The translations under genes were made by a program, and so were the position numbers. From Chloroflexota bacterium (lineage in GTDB: Bacteria > Chloroflexota > Dehalococcoidia > UBA2979), in assembly GCA_002716405.1 (NCBI GenBank), contig PBBA01000006.1:477479-541478 (forward strand): a stretch of DNA of 64,000 nucleotides, given 5' to 3'. Below, one piece after another: positions 1 through 10,909 of the stretch. The stretch's first letter is position 1. Each line of letters opens with the position of its first letter. Under the pieces are notes generated by a model. The model worked only from the letters and a program-made list of their open reading frames with translations. It was not told the origin of the DNA and made no database searches.

Positions 1-510
1 CAAACTAGAGTTGGTTACGGAGCCATGCCAACAGAGTTATTTGATGAAAATGCTGAGAAATTACGTGAAGGTGGAGGTGGAGTAGCTGGAACGAGTGAAT
101 ATGGCACTACAACTGGTCGTGCGCGAAGATGTGGTTGGTTTGATGGTGTGCTTGCTGGCTACACTTCAAGATTAAATGGTGTTACATCTGTAGCATTAAC
201 TCGCTTGGATTCGCTGACTGGATTTTCTAGTGTAAAGATATGTGTAGCATATGAATTAAATGGTAAGCGTGTCACTGCTCTACCTGCAGAGGTAAATGAA
301 GCCTCAAATTTAGTGCCTATTTATGAAGAAATGCCTGGATGGTCAGAAGATGTTTCATCTGTAAGAAATATAAATGATTTGCCACGAGAAGCTATACAGT
401 ATGTTCGACGAATAGAACAATTGGTTGGTGCGCCAATAGACATGATTTCTGTAGGGCCAGAACGCGATCAGGCAATAGTTACTAGAGATATATTTGGTGG
501 CAATCTTTAG
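1..510 (+). CDS. purA: adenylosuccinate synthetase, C-terminal part (5' end lies outside the window)
   Basis: The frame is open from nt 1 (QTRVGYGAMPTELFDE...). GTTTGRxRRCGWFD and SVGPERDQ are typical of the PurA C-terminus. Confidence 0.9.
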   Translation, partial: QTRVGYGAMPTELFDENAEKLREGGGGVAGTSEYGTTTGRARRCGWFDGVLAGYTSRLNGVTSVALTRLDSLTGFSSVKICVAYELNGKRVTALPAEVNEASNLVPIYEEMPGWSEDVSSVRNINDLPREAIQYVRRIEQLVGAPIDMISVGPERDQAIVTRDIFGGNL

Positions 511-525
511 TGATTTAGGAGTGCA

Positions 526-1041
526 TTGATGGAAAACATCATATTGTTTCTGCATGTTGCCGCTGCAGCTATTTTTGTTGGACCGCAATTACTTTTATTT
601 TTTGCAGTGATGCCAGCGACATGGATGATCGATGATGAGCGACTGCGTCGTGATGTTACTTTAGTTATTTCTAGACGGTTTGGGAAAATAGCCGTATTCG
701 CTCTTTTGACGTTATTAATAACCGGTTTATACCAATTTTATTATATAGTGCCTGACACAGTATCAAACGATATAACGAGTTATAACTTTGGTCGTATCTT
801 CATGTTAAAAATGACGTTATTTGTTGTTGCGATTGGATTGGTGATTTTCCACGTAATTTTAGGTAAAAAAATCGGTAAGCTAGTAGATGCCTTAGTTGAA
901 GGTGAAGATAATAGCTTTGAATTATCAGATACGAGAAGAAAATCATTTATGTGGTCTGCTGTCTTATTATTTATTTCTTTTTGTATCCTTGCGCTTGGGG
1001 TTTTATTGGGTAACCCTAAGTTTTCATATGTTATTAGCTAA
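526..1041 (+). CDS. hypothetical integral membrane protein (about 4 TM segments)
   Basis: 171-aa ORF with four hydrophobic segments, starting 16 nt after purA. No family motif recognised. Confidence 0.55.
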   Translation: MMENIILFLHVAAAAIFVGPQLLLFFAVMPATWMIDDERLRRDVTLVISRRFGKIAVFALLTLLITGLYQFYYIVPDTVSNDITSYNFGRIFMLKMTLFVVAIGLVIFHVILGKKIGKLVDALVEGEDNSFELSDTRRKSFMWSAVLLFISFCILALGVLLGNPKFSYVIS

Positions 1042-1066
1042 GTAAGTTGTTTATAGATCAAATTTT

Positions 1067-1621
1067 ATGGATAAAAAACAAAGCTACAATGCTCTTCAAT
1101 CGAATTCATTTGAAAGAAAATATCTAAATAGTTTCTCTAATGATGGGTGTCCTTTGTTTAGTGAAAGACTTGAAGAGCATTTAGTTGCCGTTAGTCGTGG
1201 AGAATCTCCAGCAACAGGTAGATTTTGTGGTTTTTGTTTTACCCCTACAGGGCCTGATACTAAAGTATGCAGTCATTGCCAGAACAATTTTCTGTCAGAT
1301 AAAAAAACAGTTGAAATTGTTCCTTCACTAGTGACAGAAATTCTTAGAGAACAAAGAAAAATTGAAGCTAGGTTTGTTAATGGGTTTGCTTATTTAGGAG
1401 TATTACTTGCTGTTTTAGGTGGGTTGGCTGTAGTACTTGGTATTCCTTATTTACGTGATCATTTAATCCCTGCAACAATTGTATATGCATTGATTTTGTT
1501 GGTCGGTGTTAGGATTTTGGCAGGTATCTTAGGTGGCTATTTTGGTGACAACATAGGTTACAATCGTGCTCGAAAAAAAACGGTCCAGTCTTGGGAAGAA
1601 TTGAAAGTTACTATAGGTTGA
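1067..1621 (+). CDS. hypothetical zinc-ribbon membrane protein
   Basis: CGFC...CSHC zinc-ribbon-like pair followed by two C-terminal TM helices. Confidence 0.55.
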   Translation: MDKKQSYNALQSNSFERKYLNSFSNDGCPLFSERLEEHLVAVSRGESPATGRFCGFCFTPTGPDTKVCSHCQNNFLSDKKTVEIVPSLVTEILREQRKIEARFVNGFAYLGVLLAVLGGLAVVLGIPYLRDHLIPATIVYALILLVGVRILAGILGGYFGDNIGYNRARKKTVQSWEELKVTIG

Positions 1622-1624
1622 AGC

Positions 1625-2515
1625 TCATACAGGTAAGTCTATCTTTTGTTTACCTAATTCATTTTCAATGAGAATGCCATTCTCATTTGAAATTTGTATA
1701 AGTGGCATACGTGTAGGTCCAATGGAAAAACCAATTTTATCGAGCGCATATTTCAATGGTGTAGGGCTAGTTTCTGAAAAAAGAAGATCGTATAAAGGCA
1801 TAATTTTGTTATTAATATTTGTAGCTTCTGATAAGTGTCCATTAGTTTGGAAGTCGATCATTTCACTAATTTGAGTTCCGACTAAATGTGAAGCTACGGA
1901 AACAATACCGACTCCTCCAATTTGCATGATAGGAAGAGTATCTGAATCATTCCCTGACCAGACATCAAAATCATTTGGTGCATTGTCGATAATTGTTTTA
2001 ATCTGACTTAAATCTCCACTAGCTTCCTTAATTCCAATGATATTTGGTATTTTTGCCAATTCTAACGTGGTCGTAGCATCCATATTCAAGGCAGTTCTAG
2101 AAGGAACATTATATAAAAGACAGGGTAAGGATGTTGCTTTTGCAATTGCAGTAAAGTGTGCAATTAATCCTTGTTGGGTAGGTTTGTTATACGCTGGTAC
2201 AGTCAATAATAAACCATCTAAATCCGCTCTCTCTGCTTCTTGGCATAAGTTAATTGATTCTGCGGTATTATTATTTGTAGCTCCGGCAATAACAGGTATT
2301 GATTTACCCACAGCATTTTTGGTGGCTTTCCAGATTTCTATTTGCTCGACTGAACTAAGTGTAGGACTTTCTCCTGTTGTACCCGTAGAGACAATTGATT
2401 CTGTCCCAGATTGAACTAACTTTTGTGCCAGATTTTTGGTGGTATCAAGATCTATGTCACCATTAGGTTTCATGGGGGATGCCATTGCCGTAATTAAGCG
2501 TCCAAAACTATGCAT
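1625..2515 (-). CDS. dapA: 4-hydroxy-tetrahydrodipicolinate synthase
   Basis: GTTGESPTLS motif and IGIKEASGD (Schiff-base Lys context); the length fits. Confidence 0.9.
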   Translation of the reverse strand: MHSFGRLITAMASPMKPNGDIDLDTTKNLAQKLVQSGTESIVSTGTTGESPTLSSVEQIEIWKATKNAVGKSIPVIAGATNNNTAESINLCQEAERADLDGLLLTVPAYNKPTQQGLIAHFTAIAKATSLPCLLYNVPSRTALNMDATTTLELAKIPNIIGIKEASGDLSQIKTIIDNAPNDFDVWSGNDSDTLPIMQIGGVGIVSVASHLVGTQISEMIDFQTNGHLSEATNINNKIMPLYDLLFSETSPTPLKYALDKIGFSIGPTRMPLIQISNENGILIENELGKQKIDLPV

Positions 2516-3533
2516 TGTTACCTCGTAACAAGTTACGTGCTATTAACTCTTCAGCAATTTGTATCGCATTGGTTGCAGCACCTTTTCGTAGATTATCACT
2601 GACACACCAAAATACAATACCTCTATTGTCACTTACCGTTTCATCTCTTCTAAGCCTCCCAATATGAGTAAGATCATTTCCTTCAGCAGTTAAGGGTGTG
2701 GGGTATTCGTTAGGTGAATCACTGATCCAAATTCCATCTTGTTGAGAAAGTGTAGAAAAAATTTCCTGAAGATCCACAGGGTCCTTAAATTCTACATGTA
2801 TTGTTTCGGCATGACCTATCATTGTAGGTACACGAACACATGTTGCCGTAAGAGGCAGATCGGGTAAATGTAAAATTTTACGAGTTTCATTACGCATTTT
2901 GAGCTCTTCTTTAGTGAAGTTGCCTTCATCAAAGTCATCGACCTGTGGGAGTACATTCATAGCTATCTGTTGGGGGTAAACGATTGGTTGTGGGATAGGT
3001 TTTTCTTGAGCTAATGCTTTGATTTGTTCTCTTAATTCCAAAGCAGCAGCAGAGCCACTTCCTGTAACGGCTTGATAAGTGGATGCTATTACTTTTGTTG
3101 GTTCTGATATAGATCTCATAGAATGTAATGCGAGTGCAAGAGGAGTCGTTGTACAGTTTGGTATTGAAATTATGCCTTCATGCCAACTTAAGTCGATTGC
3201 ATTTACTTCTGGGACTACAAGGGGGACCGTTCTGTCCATGCGGAAGGCAGAGCCATCATCGATCATTACAGAGCCCATTTCCCTAATAATGGGACCCCAT
3301 TTTTTTGAAGCCTCAGAGGTTGCAGAACAAAATACAATATCTGAATTTGAAAGTGATGCCTCACTTACTTCTTCGACGGTAATATCTTTGTTTCTAAACT
3401 TCAGTGTTTTCCCAGCAGATCTTGCTGTTGCTAGTAGTTTTAGATTTTGTATAGGAAAATTTCTTTCTTCTGCGACGCGAAGAAAAACATCTCCTACTGC
3501 TCCAGTGGCTCCTATAATGGCTATATTTGGCAA
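2508..3533 (-). CDS. asd: aspartate-semialdehyde dehydrogenase
   Basis: N-terminal IAIIGATGAVG Rossmann motif and IPNCTTT active-site Cys context. Overlaps the dapA start by 8 nt. Confidence 0.92.
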   Translation of the reverse strand: MPNIAIIGATGAVGDVFLRVAEERNFPIQNLKLLATARSAGKTLKFRNKDITVEEVSEASLSNSDIVFCSATSEASKKWGPIIREMGSVMIDDGSAFRMDRTVPLVVPEVNAIDLSWHEGIISIPNCTTTPLALALHSMRSISEPTKVIASTYQAVTGSGSAAALELREQIKALAQEKPIPQPIVYPQQIAMNVLPQVDDFDEGNFTKEELKMRNETRKILHLPDLPLTATCVRVPTMIGHAETIHVEFKDPVDLQEIFSTLSQQDGIWISDSPNEYPTPLTAEGNDLTHIGRLRRDETVSDNRGIVFWCVSDNLRKGAATNAIQIAEELIARNLLRGNNA

Positions 3534-3566
3534 GAGATTCCCCTTTTCATGGTTGTGAAGTAATGT

Positions 3567-4343
3567 TTATTTTAGTCCGAATAATGAATCGAGCCCATTA
3601 AAAAATATGTCTTGTTTTACGACTTCTCGAACTGACATAAGCACTCCTGGCATAAATGAATCGAGACCTGTTGAGTCATGTCGCAGACTTAAAGTTTGAC
3701 CGTCACTTCCAAAGATTACTTCTTGATGAGCAACCAACCCAGGCAACCTTATTGAATGAATTGGGATTCCATTCAATAGCCCTCCTCGAGTATTTTCAAT
3801 ATGAGTGATGTCTGGGATATTATTAATGAAATCGCTACCTCTCGTTTCACGCATTTTTTCAGCAGTGGTTAAAGCAGTACCACTGGGTGCATCAACTTTT
3901 TTTTCATGATGCAATTCAATAATTTCAGCAGTATCAAAATACTTAGAGGCTAATTGAGAGAAATACATAAGCATTACAGCTCCAATTGCAAAATTAGATG
4001 CAACAACCCCCCCAAGTCTTTTCTTTGATAGTTCTTTTTTAAGGTTTGAAAGTGTATCAACGTCTAGACCGCTAGTGCCGATTACTGGACGTACGTTATG
4101 ATTTAATACCGCCTTTATTAATCTGGGTATTGCTTCTGTATTTGTAAAATCGACTACTACATCAGGCTTAACTAATTCAAAAAGTTGATCAGCATCGTTG
4201 TGCGTTGTTATTTCGTCAGGGATATCAAAGTTGAGCGCTATAGGATCAACTACTCCAACCACCTCCATATCCTCTGCAGAAGTGATTGCATTATAAACTG
4301 TAGAGCCCATTCTACCCGTTCCACTAATTGCGACACGTATCAT
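3567..4343 (-). CDS. dapB: 4-hydroxy-tetrahydrodipicolinate reductase
   Basis: MIRVAISGTGRMG N-terminus and ELHHEKKVDAPSGTA signature. The ATG at 4343 is preferred over the track's TTG at 4358 because GGAGGA sits just upstream. Confidence 0.9.
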   Translation of the reverse strand: MIRVAISGTGRMGSTVYNAITSAEDMEVVGVVDPIALNFDIPDEITTHNDADQLFELVKPDVVVDFTNTEAIPRLIKAVLNHNVRPVIGTSGLDVDTLSNLKKELSKKRLGGVVASNFAIGAVMLMYFSQLASKYFDTAEIIELHHEKKVDAPSGTALTTAEKMRETRGSDFINNIPDITHIENTRGGLLNGIPIHSIRLPGLVAHQEVIFGSDGQTLSLRHDSTGLDSFMPGVLMSVREVVKQDIFFNGLDSLFGLK

Positions 4344-4378
4344 TTTTCCTCCAGCCAATAGGATAGTACTAGCATTGA

Positions 4379-4675
4379 CTAATCATTTTCTGCATCAGAA
4401 TCTTCAGCGAATACTCCGAATTCTTCACCTTTCCAAACAGTAACTATAAAATCTTCTCGTTCAGGATCTGCAGAGAGTACTAATCGTTCATCAATCTCGC
4501 TAATTAATTCTTCTATCGCGTTGTCATCTATTGACGAATGCACAGATAACGTTGCGTGTGTTTTACCTGATGTGAAATGTAGGTCTACCCTACCTAGTGA
4601 GTAATCATTATTTTCGATTGTCCATTGTTCTGAATGAGATGTTCGTGCTTCACGCTCGAAAAAGTACTGACTCAT
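4379..4675 (-). CDS. hypothetical small acidic protein
   Basis: 98-aa ORF packed between proB and dapB on the same strand. No recognisable motif. Confidence 0.5.
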   Translation of the reverse strand: MSQYFFEREARTSHSEQWTIENNDYSLGRVDLHFTSGKTHATLSVHSSIDDNAIEELISEIDERLVLSADPEREDFIVTVWKGEEFGVFAEDSDAEND

Positions 4676-4705
4676 AGAACCCCCTTAGGATTTGGAATAA
4701 TCTTA

Positions 4706-5851
4706 CTAAACTAAAATAAGATTATTACGATGAATAATTTCAATTGAATGGGCATAGCCTAATATTTTTGAAATATCATCAGAATGTTTACCTGCTATTT
4801 TTTCAATTTCATCCAGATCATAGTTTACGATACCTGTAGCTATGTGTGCGTTAGAATCTGAATAAATTTCAACAACTGAACCTCGTAAAAAATTACCTTC
4901 AGCACTTAATACTCCTGCTGCGAGTAGTGAGGTGCCAGAGTTTCGCAATGCTGTCACTGCACCGTCATCTATGATTATGTGACCTTGAACTTGTAGTCCT
5001 GACATAAGATATCTTCTTCTACTTTCGGTTCGATCTCCTGTAGGCAAGAAAAGTGTTCCAACATTTTTGGAATTAGAAGCATCTTCGATTACATAATCTT
5101 TATGACCATGGGCTATGATTACATGTGCACCATGTTGAGTTGCAAGACGTGCAGCTATAATTTTACTAGACATTCCACCAGTGCCTCGCTTACTAGGTTC
5201 ACCAGCCATTTGCATTATTGAATCATCAATTTTGGTCACTTTTTCTATTAAGTGTGCGGATTTATTCGTATGAGGATTTTCTGAAAAGAGTCCTTCGATA
5301 TCTGTTAGTATTAGTAAGAGATCAGCATCTACAAGATTTGCGACTTGTGCAGAAAGATAGTCATTGTCTCCTATAGTCGACCGGTCAATTTCTTCAATAG
5401 AAACGACATCATTTTCATTAATTATTGGCAATATTTTTAACGAAAGCATTTGAGTAAGAGTGTTCCGTGCATTTAAATATCCTGCACGATCATTTAGATC
5501 ATTACGTGTAAGTAATGCTTGACCTGCGATAATAGAGTGTTCTTGGAATATTTCATCCCATCTTCTCATTAGCTGTGCCTGTCCAACCGCAGCTAATACC
5601 TGTCTGGAATGGACATCTTTGGTTGTTAAGTCTTCTGTTCGGTCATTGGAATTAGCTTTGTGACGGCCAGCTGCTATTGCACCCGACGTTACAAGGATTA
5701 CTTCAATATCTTTTTGAATAAGAGTTGCAATTTGCTTTGCGAGAGTACTCATTGCCTTTTGGTTTAATGAATCAGTCCCGTTCGTTAATACGTTGGTTCC
5801 TATCTTTACTATAATTCGTTGAAATTGTGCAGTTTTCATTTTTCGATCCAA
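4706..5851 (-). CDS. proB: glutamate 5-kinase (with C-terminal PUA domain)
   Basis: IVKIGTNVLT and INENDVVS motifs, plus a C-terminal PUA-like segment. The true start may be the second ATG (MKTAQ...). Confidence 0.9.
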   Translation of the reverse strand: MDRKMKTAQFQRIIVKIGTNVLTNGTDSLNQKAMSTLAKQIATLIQKDIEVILVTSGAIAAGRHKANSNDRTEDLTTKDVHSRQVLAAVGQAQLMRRWDEIFQEHSIIAGQALLTRNDLNDRAGYLNARNTLTQMLSLKILPIINENDVVSIEEIDRSTIGDNDYLSAQVANLVDADLLLILTDIEGLFSENPHTNKSAHLIEKVTKIDDSIMQMAGEPSKRGTGGMSSKIIAARLATQHGAHVIIAHGHKDYVIEDASNSKNVGTLFLPTGDRTESRRRYLMSGLQVQGHIIIDDGAVTALRNSGTSLLAAGVLSAEGNFLRGSVVEIYSDSNAHIATGIVNYDLDEIEKIAGKHSDDISKILGYAHSIEIIHRNNLILV

Positions 5852-5982
5852 TATCGTATGAGATTAGGATACAGCAGATATGTTCTGTTGATACAATTCT
5901 CTCCTTAGGATGGCTAAATAATCATACTCAGTCGAGGATAATTATATTTGATTTAAGGTATATATTTTAAAAAAAGAAACCT

Positions 5983-6981
5983 TTGGGAGTGAACACTATT
6001 TTAAGAATTAAATTTTTAGGTTTTTCAGCAGTTATTTTGGCCAGATCGATCAAAAATTATACCGAAGATCGTGGTACACAGATGGCGGCATCGATATCTT
6101 ATTATGCTCTTTTTTCGTTAGTGCCCTTAATTGTTTTAGCTGTTGCGATATTTGGTATTTTGTTAAGAAATGCAACCCTTCAGGAAAAACTAATATCAGC
6201 TATCGTGGAAGCACTGCCTCTTTCGGAAGGTGATGTCGCCGATGTAGTGATTGGCGCTACATCGTTATCACCACAATTGGCCATTATTTCATTTATAGCT
6301 GTAATTTGGACTTCAGGTGCATTGGCAGGTGCATTAAGACTCTCCCTTAATGTGGCTTTTGACACTGAGAGAAGGCATCCAGCATTAAGAGGAAAATTAG
6401 TTGATTATGCTTTGGTTCCAATTTTAGGAATTCCTGTGATGGGAAGTCTTATACTTTCAGCATTTTGGCAGATCCTTGAGCAAAAGATAGAAAGTTTTCC
6501 ATTTGCTGATGATTTAAATTGGATATGGTCTCTAACAACGATTTTAGTTTCCTTATCGCTTACTTTTATAACATTTAGTCTTTTTTATCGGTTCGCTCCT
6601 AATAGAAAAATTTATTTGCGTCATATTTGGCCAGCCGCATTGATAGCCGCAATTGCATTTGAAATTATGAAATATGCCTTTGGGATATATTTGAGTAATT
6701 TTGGTAATTATGATTTGGTTTATGGTGCGTTGGGTGGCGTAGTTGTTTTGTTGTATTGGGTATTTTTGAGTGCGAACATTTTTATTTTAGGAGCTGAAAT
6801 AGCTAATCAAATACCGCGAGTATTACATGGCCAACCTCGACGTGATCATATTGTTACTACGGCACAAGATAATACATCTCCATGGAAGTTGATCAGGAAT
6901 TTCTTAATAGGATTGTTATTGGATCCGCGAGATGTTACAGGAAGCTCCTCTTCTTCTCAGATAGAAAAACTGAATGAGTAG
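5983..6981 (+). CDS. YihY/BrkB family membrane protein
   Basis: AASISYYALFSLVPL signature and a multi-TM profile. Confidence 0.8.
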   Translation: MGVNTILRIKFLGFSAVILARSIKNYTEDRGTQMAASISYYALFSLVPLIVLAVAIFGILLRNATLQEKLISAIVEALPLSEGDVADVVIGATSLSPQLAIISFIAVIWTSGALAGALRLSLNVAFDTERRHPALRGKLVDYALVPILGIPVMGSLILSAFWQILEQKIESFPFADDLNWIWSLTTILVSLSLTFITFSLFYRFAPNRKIYLRHIWPAALIAAIAFEIMKYAFGIYLSNFGNYDLVYGALGGVVVLLYWVFLSANIFILGAEIANQIPRVLHGQPRRDHIVTTAQDNTSPWKLIRNFLIGLLLDPRDVTGSSSSSQIEKLNE

Positions 6982-7002
6982 AATATCTCAAACACTGATC
7001 TA

Positions 7003-10000
7003 TCAATGAGTTGAAACGTTTAATGCAAAATTGATTTTCATTCCTTCAATTGAGGTGTCAATTTGTGTAGCATTTTCTAGAGGTTCATTCGATTGGATGG
7101 ATAGAGCTAGAGTTTCTGAAGCAATATATTGTCGATGAGTTTCGATCACCTCATCTAGCTCGAAAGAACTTTCATTAATGTTGTAATAAACATCTATTCT
7201 ATCAGCTACGTCTAAATTAGCAGTTCGCCTTAAATCTTGTATTCTACGAACTATTTCACGCGAGAGCCCTTCAGATCGTAGCTCTGAAGTAATTGATATA
7301 TCTATAAGCGTTAGGTATCCACCATCTTCAGCAGCGGCCCAACCTTCGATTGGTTCAATATCTACAATTAAATCTCCCCCGCTCAATTCATAGCCATCGA
7401 GTAGTAAAGATTCTCCTTTACGAATCGTGTCTACAATTTCTACAGGGTTATTCGATGCGATTGCAGCACTAATTTCCTTAATTTGTTTTCCAAATTTTGG
7501 TCCTAATACTGGTAGGTTAGGTCGTACAGAATAAGATATTTTTTCAGAAATGTCTGATTCAACTTCAACATTTTTGACATTTAGTTCTTCGGCAATTATG
7601 TGGTTGAGTCTTTTTAGTGCATGTAATTCTTCTTCATTCCTTGGGACTACTATGGCTAAAGCAAGAGGTTGACGGACCCTGACATTTGCTTTAGAACGTG
7701 CAGCACGACCAAGTGAAACCATTCTTTGGACAACATGCATTTCCCGATTAAGTAATGAATTGATATCTTCATTTTTTGGTTCAGGCCAGTCAGAAAGATG
7801 AACAGAATCCGGTGTATTTTGTCTATGTTGTGAAACTAAGTTCAGGTACATAGATTCAGCAATAAAGGGAGTGAAAGGTGCTAATAATTGAGAAGTTGTC
7901 ACTAAACACTCATAGAGCGTACGAAAAGCTGAACGACTATCAGCATCATCTCCGGATCTCCAAAATCGCCTCCTACTCCTACGCACATACCAATTTGACA
8001 TTTCATTTACAAAGTTTTCGATAGGTCTTGCTGCTTCTGATAATTCATAATTGTTTAAAGATTCTGTAACTTGCAAAACCGTACTTTGTAATTCTGAACG
8101 AATCCATTGGTCTAGCTCATTCAGTTTATCAGTCTCTGATTCTTGCGAAGGATCAAAATTAGTGAGATTGGCGTAGGTTACAAAAAAAGAATAAGTATTC
8201 CATAACGTTGATAAAAAACGGCGTGCGGTTTCACCTACCAGATCATCTGAAAATCTTCTCTCATTACCGGGTGGTGAAGCAGTATACATATACCAGCGAA
8301 TAGCATCCGCACCATGTTTTTCAATTACATCCCATGGATTGACTACATTTCCTTTAGACTTAGACATTTTTTGCCCGTTGCCATCAAGAATGAGACCTAA
8401 ACAAATTACATTTTTAAAAGATATATTTTCGTTAATTGAATTTGAATGATGTAATAATGTTGCTAATGCATGTAACGTATAAAACCATCCTCTGGTTTGA
8501 TCAACTGCCTCACATATAAAGTCAGCAGGGAAAGAATCAGAAAAAACATCATTATTTTCGAATGGATAATGCCATTGCGCATAAGGCATGGCTCCTGAAT
8601 CAAACCATGCGTCTGCAACTTCAGGTGTCCTAGTCATTAGGGTCTTACAGTTTTTACATGGAATTTTAACTAAATCGATAAATGGTCTATGTGGATCGAA
8701 AGTTTTAGTTTGTTTTTCCAGCTCATCAAGTGAATCTGGTGTTCCGTATTTTTTTAGTTCTTCGAAGGATCCTATGCATTCAATCTGCCCACATTCAGAG
8801 CAAATCCAAATTGGTAAGGGCGTACCCCAATAACGCTCTCGTGAAATCGCCCAATCAACGTTGCCCTCAAGCCAACTTCCGAAGCGCCCCTTTTTTATAT
8901 GTGAAGGAACCCAGTTAATTCGATCATTGTTATTGATCAGTTTTTCTGCGACTGCAGTTGTGCGGATGTACCAAGAAGGTTTTGCGTAGTATAGAACTGG
9001 CTGATCGCATCTCCAACAAAAAGGGTACGTATGTTTAATTTGTTGGGATTTAAATAGTAAGCCTCTATTTTTTAGATCGCCGATGATATGAGTATCAGCT
9101 TCCTTTGCAAACATTCCATCGCCAGGGCCACCGATAAGTGTGCCATCTGATCTTACAGGTTGTAGAAACATAAGATTCTCTTGACGGCCCATTGCATAAT
9201 CGACTTCTCCGAATGCAGGTGCCATATGAATTATTCCAGTTCCTTCGTCAATCGAAACTTCTTCAGAATTTATTATTCTCCTTTTTGGAAATGTGTCATT
9301 TGAGCTTAATGGTTGAGTTCTTCCGTCTACAAAATGTAATGGTTCAACCCAATTTATTACATCAGGGTAGAGAGCCTCATATTCTGAATTTAATAATTCT
9401 TCACCTTCAAATTCCGCTAATATTTTTCCAGAGTCACTGATTAAATTATCTACTGTTGCCGATGCTAGAATTACATATTCTGTGTCTCCTCGGTTCTCAA
9501 TTTCAACTAGTGAATATTTTGATTGTCTAGATACGGCTAATGCAGTATTTCCAGATAATGTCCAAGGTGTTGTTGTCCATGCTAAGAAAGAAACAGGAAT
9601 ATTATCTTGTGCAATATATTTTTTAAAGCGAGATTTTGAATTTTCCGAAACTTTAAACTTTACAGTTACACCTGGATCGGGTGTGTCTTCTTTATAACCA
9701 AGAGCAACTTCGTGGCTGGATAAGCTAGTATCACATCGTGGGCAGTGTGGAGTTACACGAAAGTCTTTAAAGACTAAGTTGTTGTCCCACAAGGTTTTTA
9801 TTATAGCCCAAGCAGATTCGATGTAATTATTTGAATAAGTTACGTATGCATTTTTAGTATCAATCCAGAACCCTATTCGGTCAGTCATTTTTTCCCATTC
9901 ACTGACATAGCGAAAGACCGACTCGCGACATTGTGCATTAAATTCTGCAACTCCAAACTCTTCGATGTCTCTTTTTGAGCTGAGTCCTAACTGGCGTTCT

Positions 10001-10293
10001 ACCTCTAGTTCTACGGGTAGACCATGGGTATCCCAGCCTCCCTTACGTGCCACCCTATAGCCTTGCATTGTCTTGAAACGTGGGATGACATCTTTGAATG
10101 CCCTAGATAGAACATGATGTATGCCTGGATTTCCATTAGCAGTAGGTGGTCCTTCATAGAAGGAAAAAGTTTTGTTAAGAGATTTTTCATTAATACTGCG
10201 TTGAAAAACTTGCTCTTTTTTCCATACCTCCAATATTTTCTCTTCTAATTTAGAGAAAGAAACACGCGAAGAAACGGATTCGAAGTTATTCAT
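7003..10293 (-). CDS. ileS: isoleucine--tRNA ligase (long, Thermus/eukaryote-like type)
   Basis: FYEGPPTANGNPGIHHV (HIGH region), KMSKSKGN, 1096 aa. Confidence 0.97.
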   Translation of the reverse strand: MNNFESVSSRVSFSKLEEKILEVWKKEQVFQRSINEKSLNKTFSFYEGPPTANGNPGIHHVLSRAFKDVIPRFKTMQGYRVARKGGWDTHGLPVELEVERQLGLSSKRDIEEFGVAEFNAQCRESVFRYVSEWEKMTDRIGFWIDTKNAYVTYSNNYIESAWAIIKTLWDNNLVFKDFRVTPHCPRCDTSLSSHEVALGYKEDTPDPGVTVKFKVSENSKSRFKKYIAQDNIPVSFLAWTTTPWTLSGNTALAVSRQSKYSLVEIENRGDTEYVILASATVDNLISDSGKILAEFEGEELLNSEYEALYPDVINWVEPLHFVDGRTQPLSSNDTFPKRRIINSEEVSIDEGTGIIHMAPAFGEVDYAMGRQENLMFLQPVRSDGTLIGGPGDGMFAKEADTHIIGDLKNRGLLFKSQQIKHTYPFCWRCDQPVLYYAKPSWYIRTTAVAEKLINNNDRINWVPSHIKKGRFGSWLEGNVDWAISRERYWGTPLPIWICSECGQIECIGSFEELKKYGTPDSLDELEKQTKTFDPHRPFIDLVKIPCKNCKTLMTRTPEVADAWFDSGAMPYAQWHYPFENNDVFSDSFPADFICEAVDQTRGWFYTLHALATLLHHSNSINENISFKNVICLGLILDGNGQKMSKSKGNVVNPWDVIEKHGADAIRWYMYTASPPGNERRFSDDLVGETARRFLSTLWNTYSFFVTYANLTNFDPSQESETDKLNELDQWIRSELQSTVLQVTESLNNYELSEAARPIENFVNEMSNWYVRRSRRRFWRSGDDADSRSAFRTLYECLVTTSQLLAPFTPFIAESMYLNLVSQHRQNTPDSVHLSDWPEPKNEDINSLLNREMHVVQRMVSLGRAARSKANVRVRQPLALAIVVPRNEEELHALKRLNHIIAEELNVKNVEVESDISEKISYSVRPNLPVLGPKFGKQIKEISAAIASNNPVEIVDTIRKGESLLLDGYELSGGDLIVDIEPIEGWAAAEDGGYLTLIDISITSELRSEGLSREIVRRIQDLRRTANLDVADRIDVYYNINESSFELDEVIETHRQYIASETLALSIQSNEPLENATQIDTSIEGMKINFALNVSTH

Positions 10294-10306
10294 AGCAACT
10301 GGAGTA

Positions 10307-10804
10307 TTACTTTTCAGAACTTTCAGGTTTTTCTTGATTTTGAAGAGTTGCTACTGTAGCTGCATCGAATTCTTCTTTTTCTTGAGGTGATAAACCTTCA
10401 AATTCAAACGTACTACTAGCTGAAGCTATTCGTGAGGCTGAAGCAGCAGCTTCAGCCTCTGCTTGTGCCTCCTGTTTTTTCCTAAGAGATCCGTAGCAGT
10501 CAGAACAATAAACAGGTCGATCATCACGTGGTCTAAATGGTACCTCTGTTTGATTAGCACATTCAGCACATGTTGCCACGTGTAGTTGTCGAGGAGTACG
10601 GCCACCCCATGACGCATATACACCATAGCTTGATACAACTTCTCTTTCTTCAGGCCTTAACGCTTTACGTTGTGCCCTACAGTTTTGACATCGGACCGGG
10701 TCATGTTCCAGTCCTTTAGTTGAATAAAACTCTTGTTCACCAGCTGTGAAGATGAAAGTATTCTCACAATCACGGCAGGGTAGTTCGCGATCTTGAAATG
10801 ACAT
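10307..10804 (-). CDS. zinc-ribbon domain protein (CxxC...FxFTAGEQEFY type)
   Basis: CRDCENTFIFTAGEQEFY...CQNC, with a second CAEC...CSDC module. Confidence 0.7.
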   Translation of the reverse strand: MSFQDRELPCRDCENTFIFTAGEQEFYSTKGLEHDPVRCQNCRAQRKALRPEEREVVSSYGVYASWGGRTPRQLHVATCAECANQTEVPFRPRDDRPVYCSDCYGSLRKKQEAQAEAEAAASASRIASASSTFEFEGLSPQEKEEFDAATVATLQNQEKPESSEK

Positions 10805-10909
10805 TTAGCGCCTCTGTATCGTAGTCTTTGGACTTTTACTGAATTCAATTATCGTCTTGATCTTTTTTGATATCAATCAAATTTTTGCATCGTTGATATT
10901 GTAATTAGT

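Noticed and set aside
10805-10909. TTGATATCAA palindrome and a nearby GTTGATATTG in the murJ / zinc-ribbon spacer
   Set aside because: These are short AT-rich palindromes expected by chance in this composition, and nothing else supports a function.
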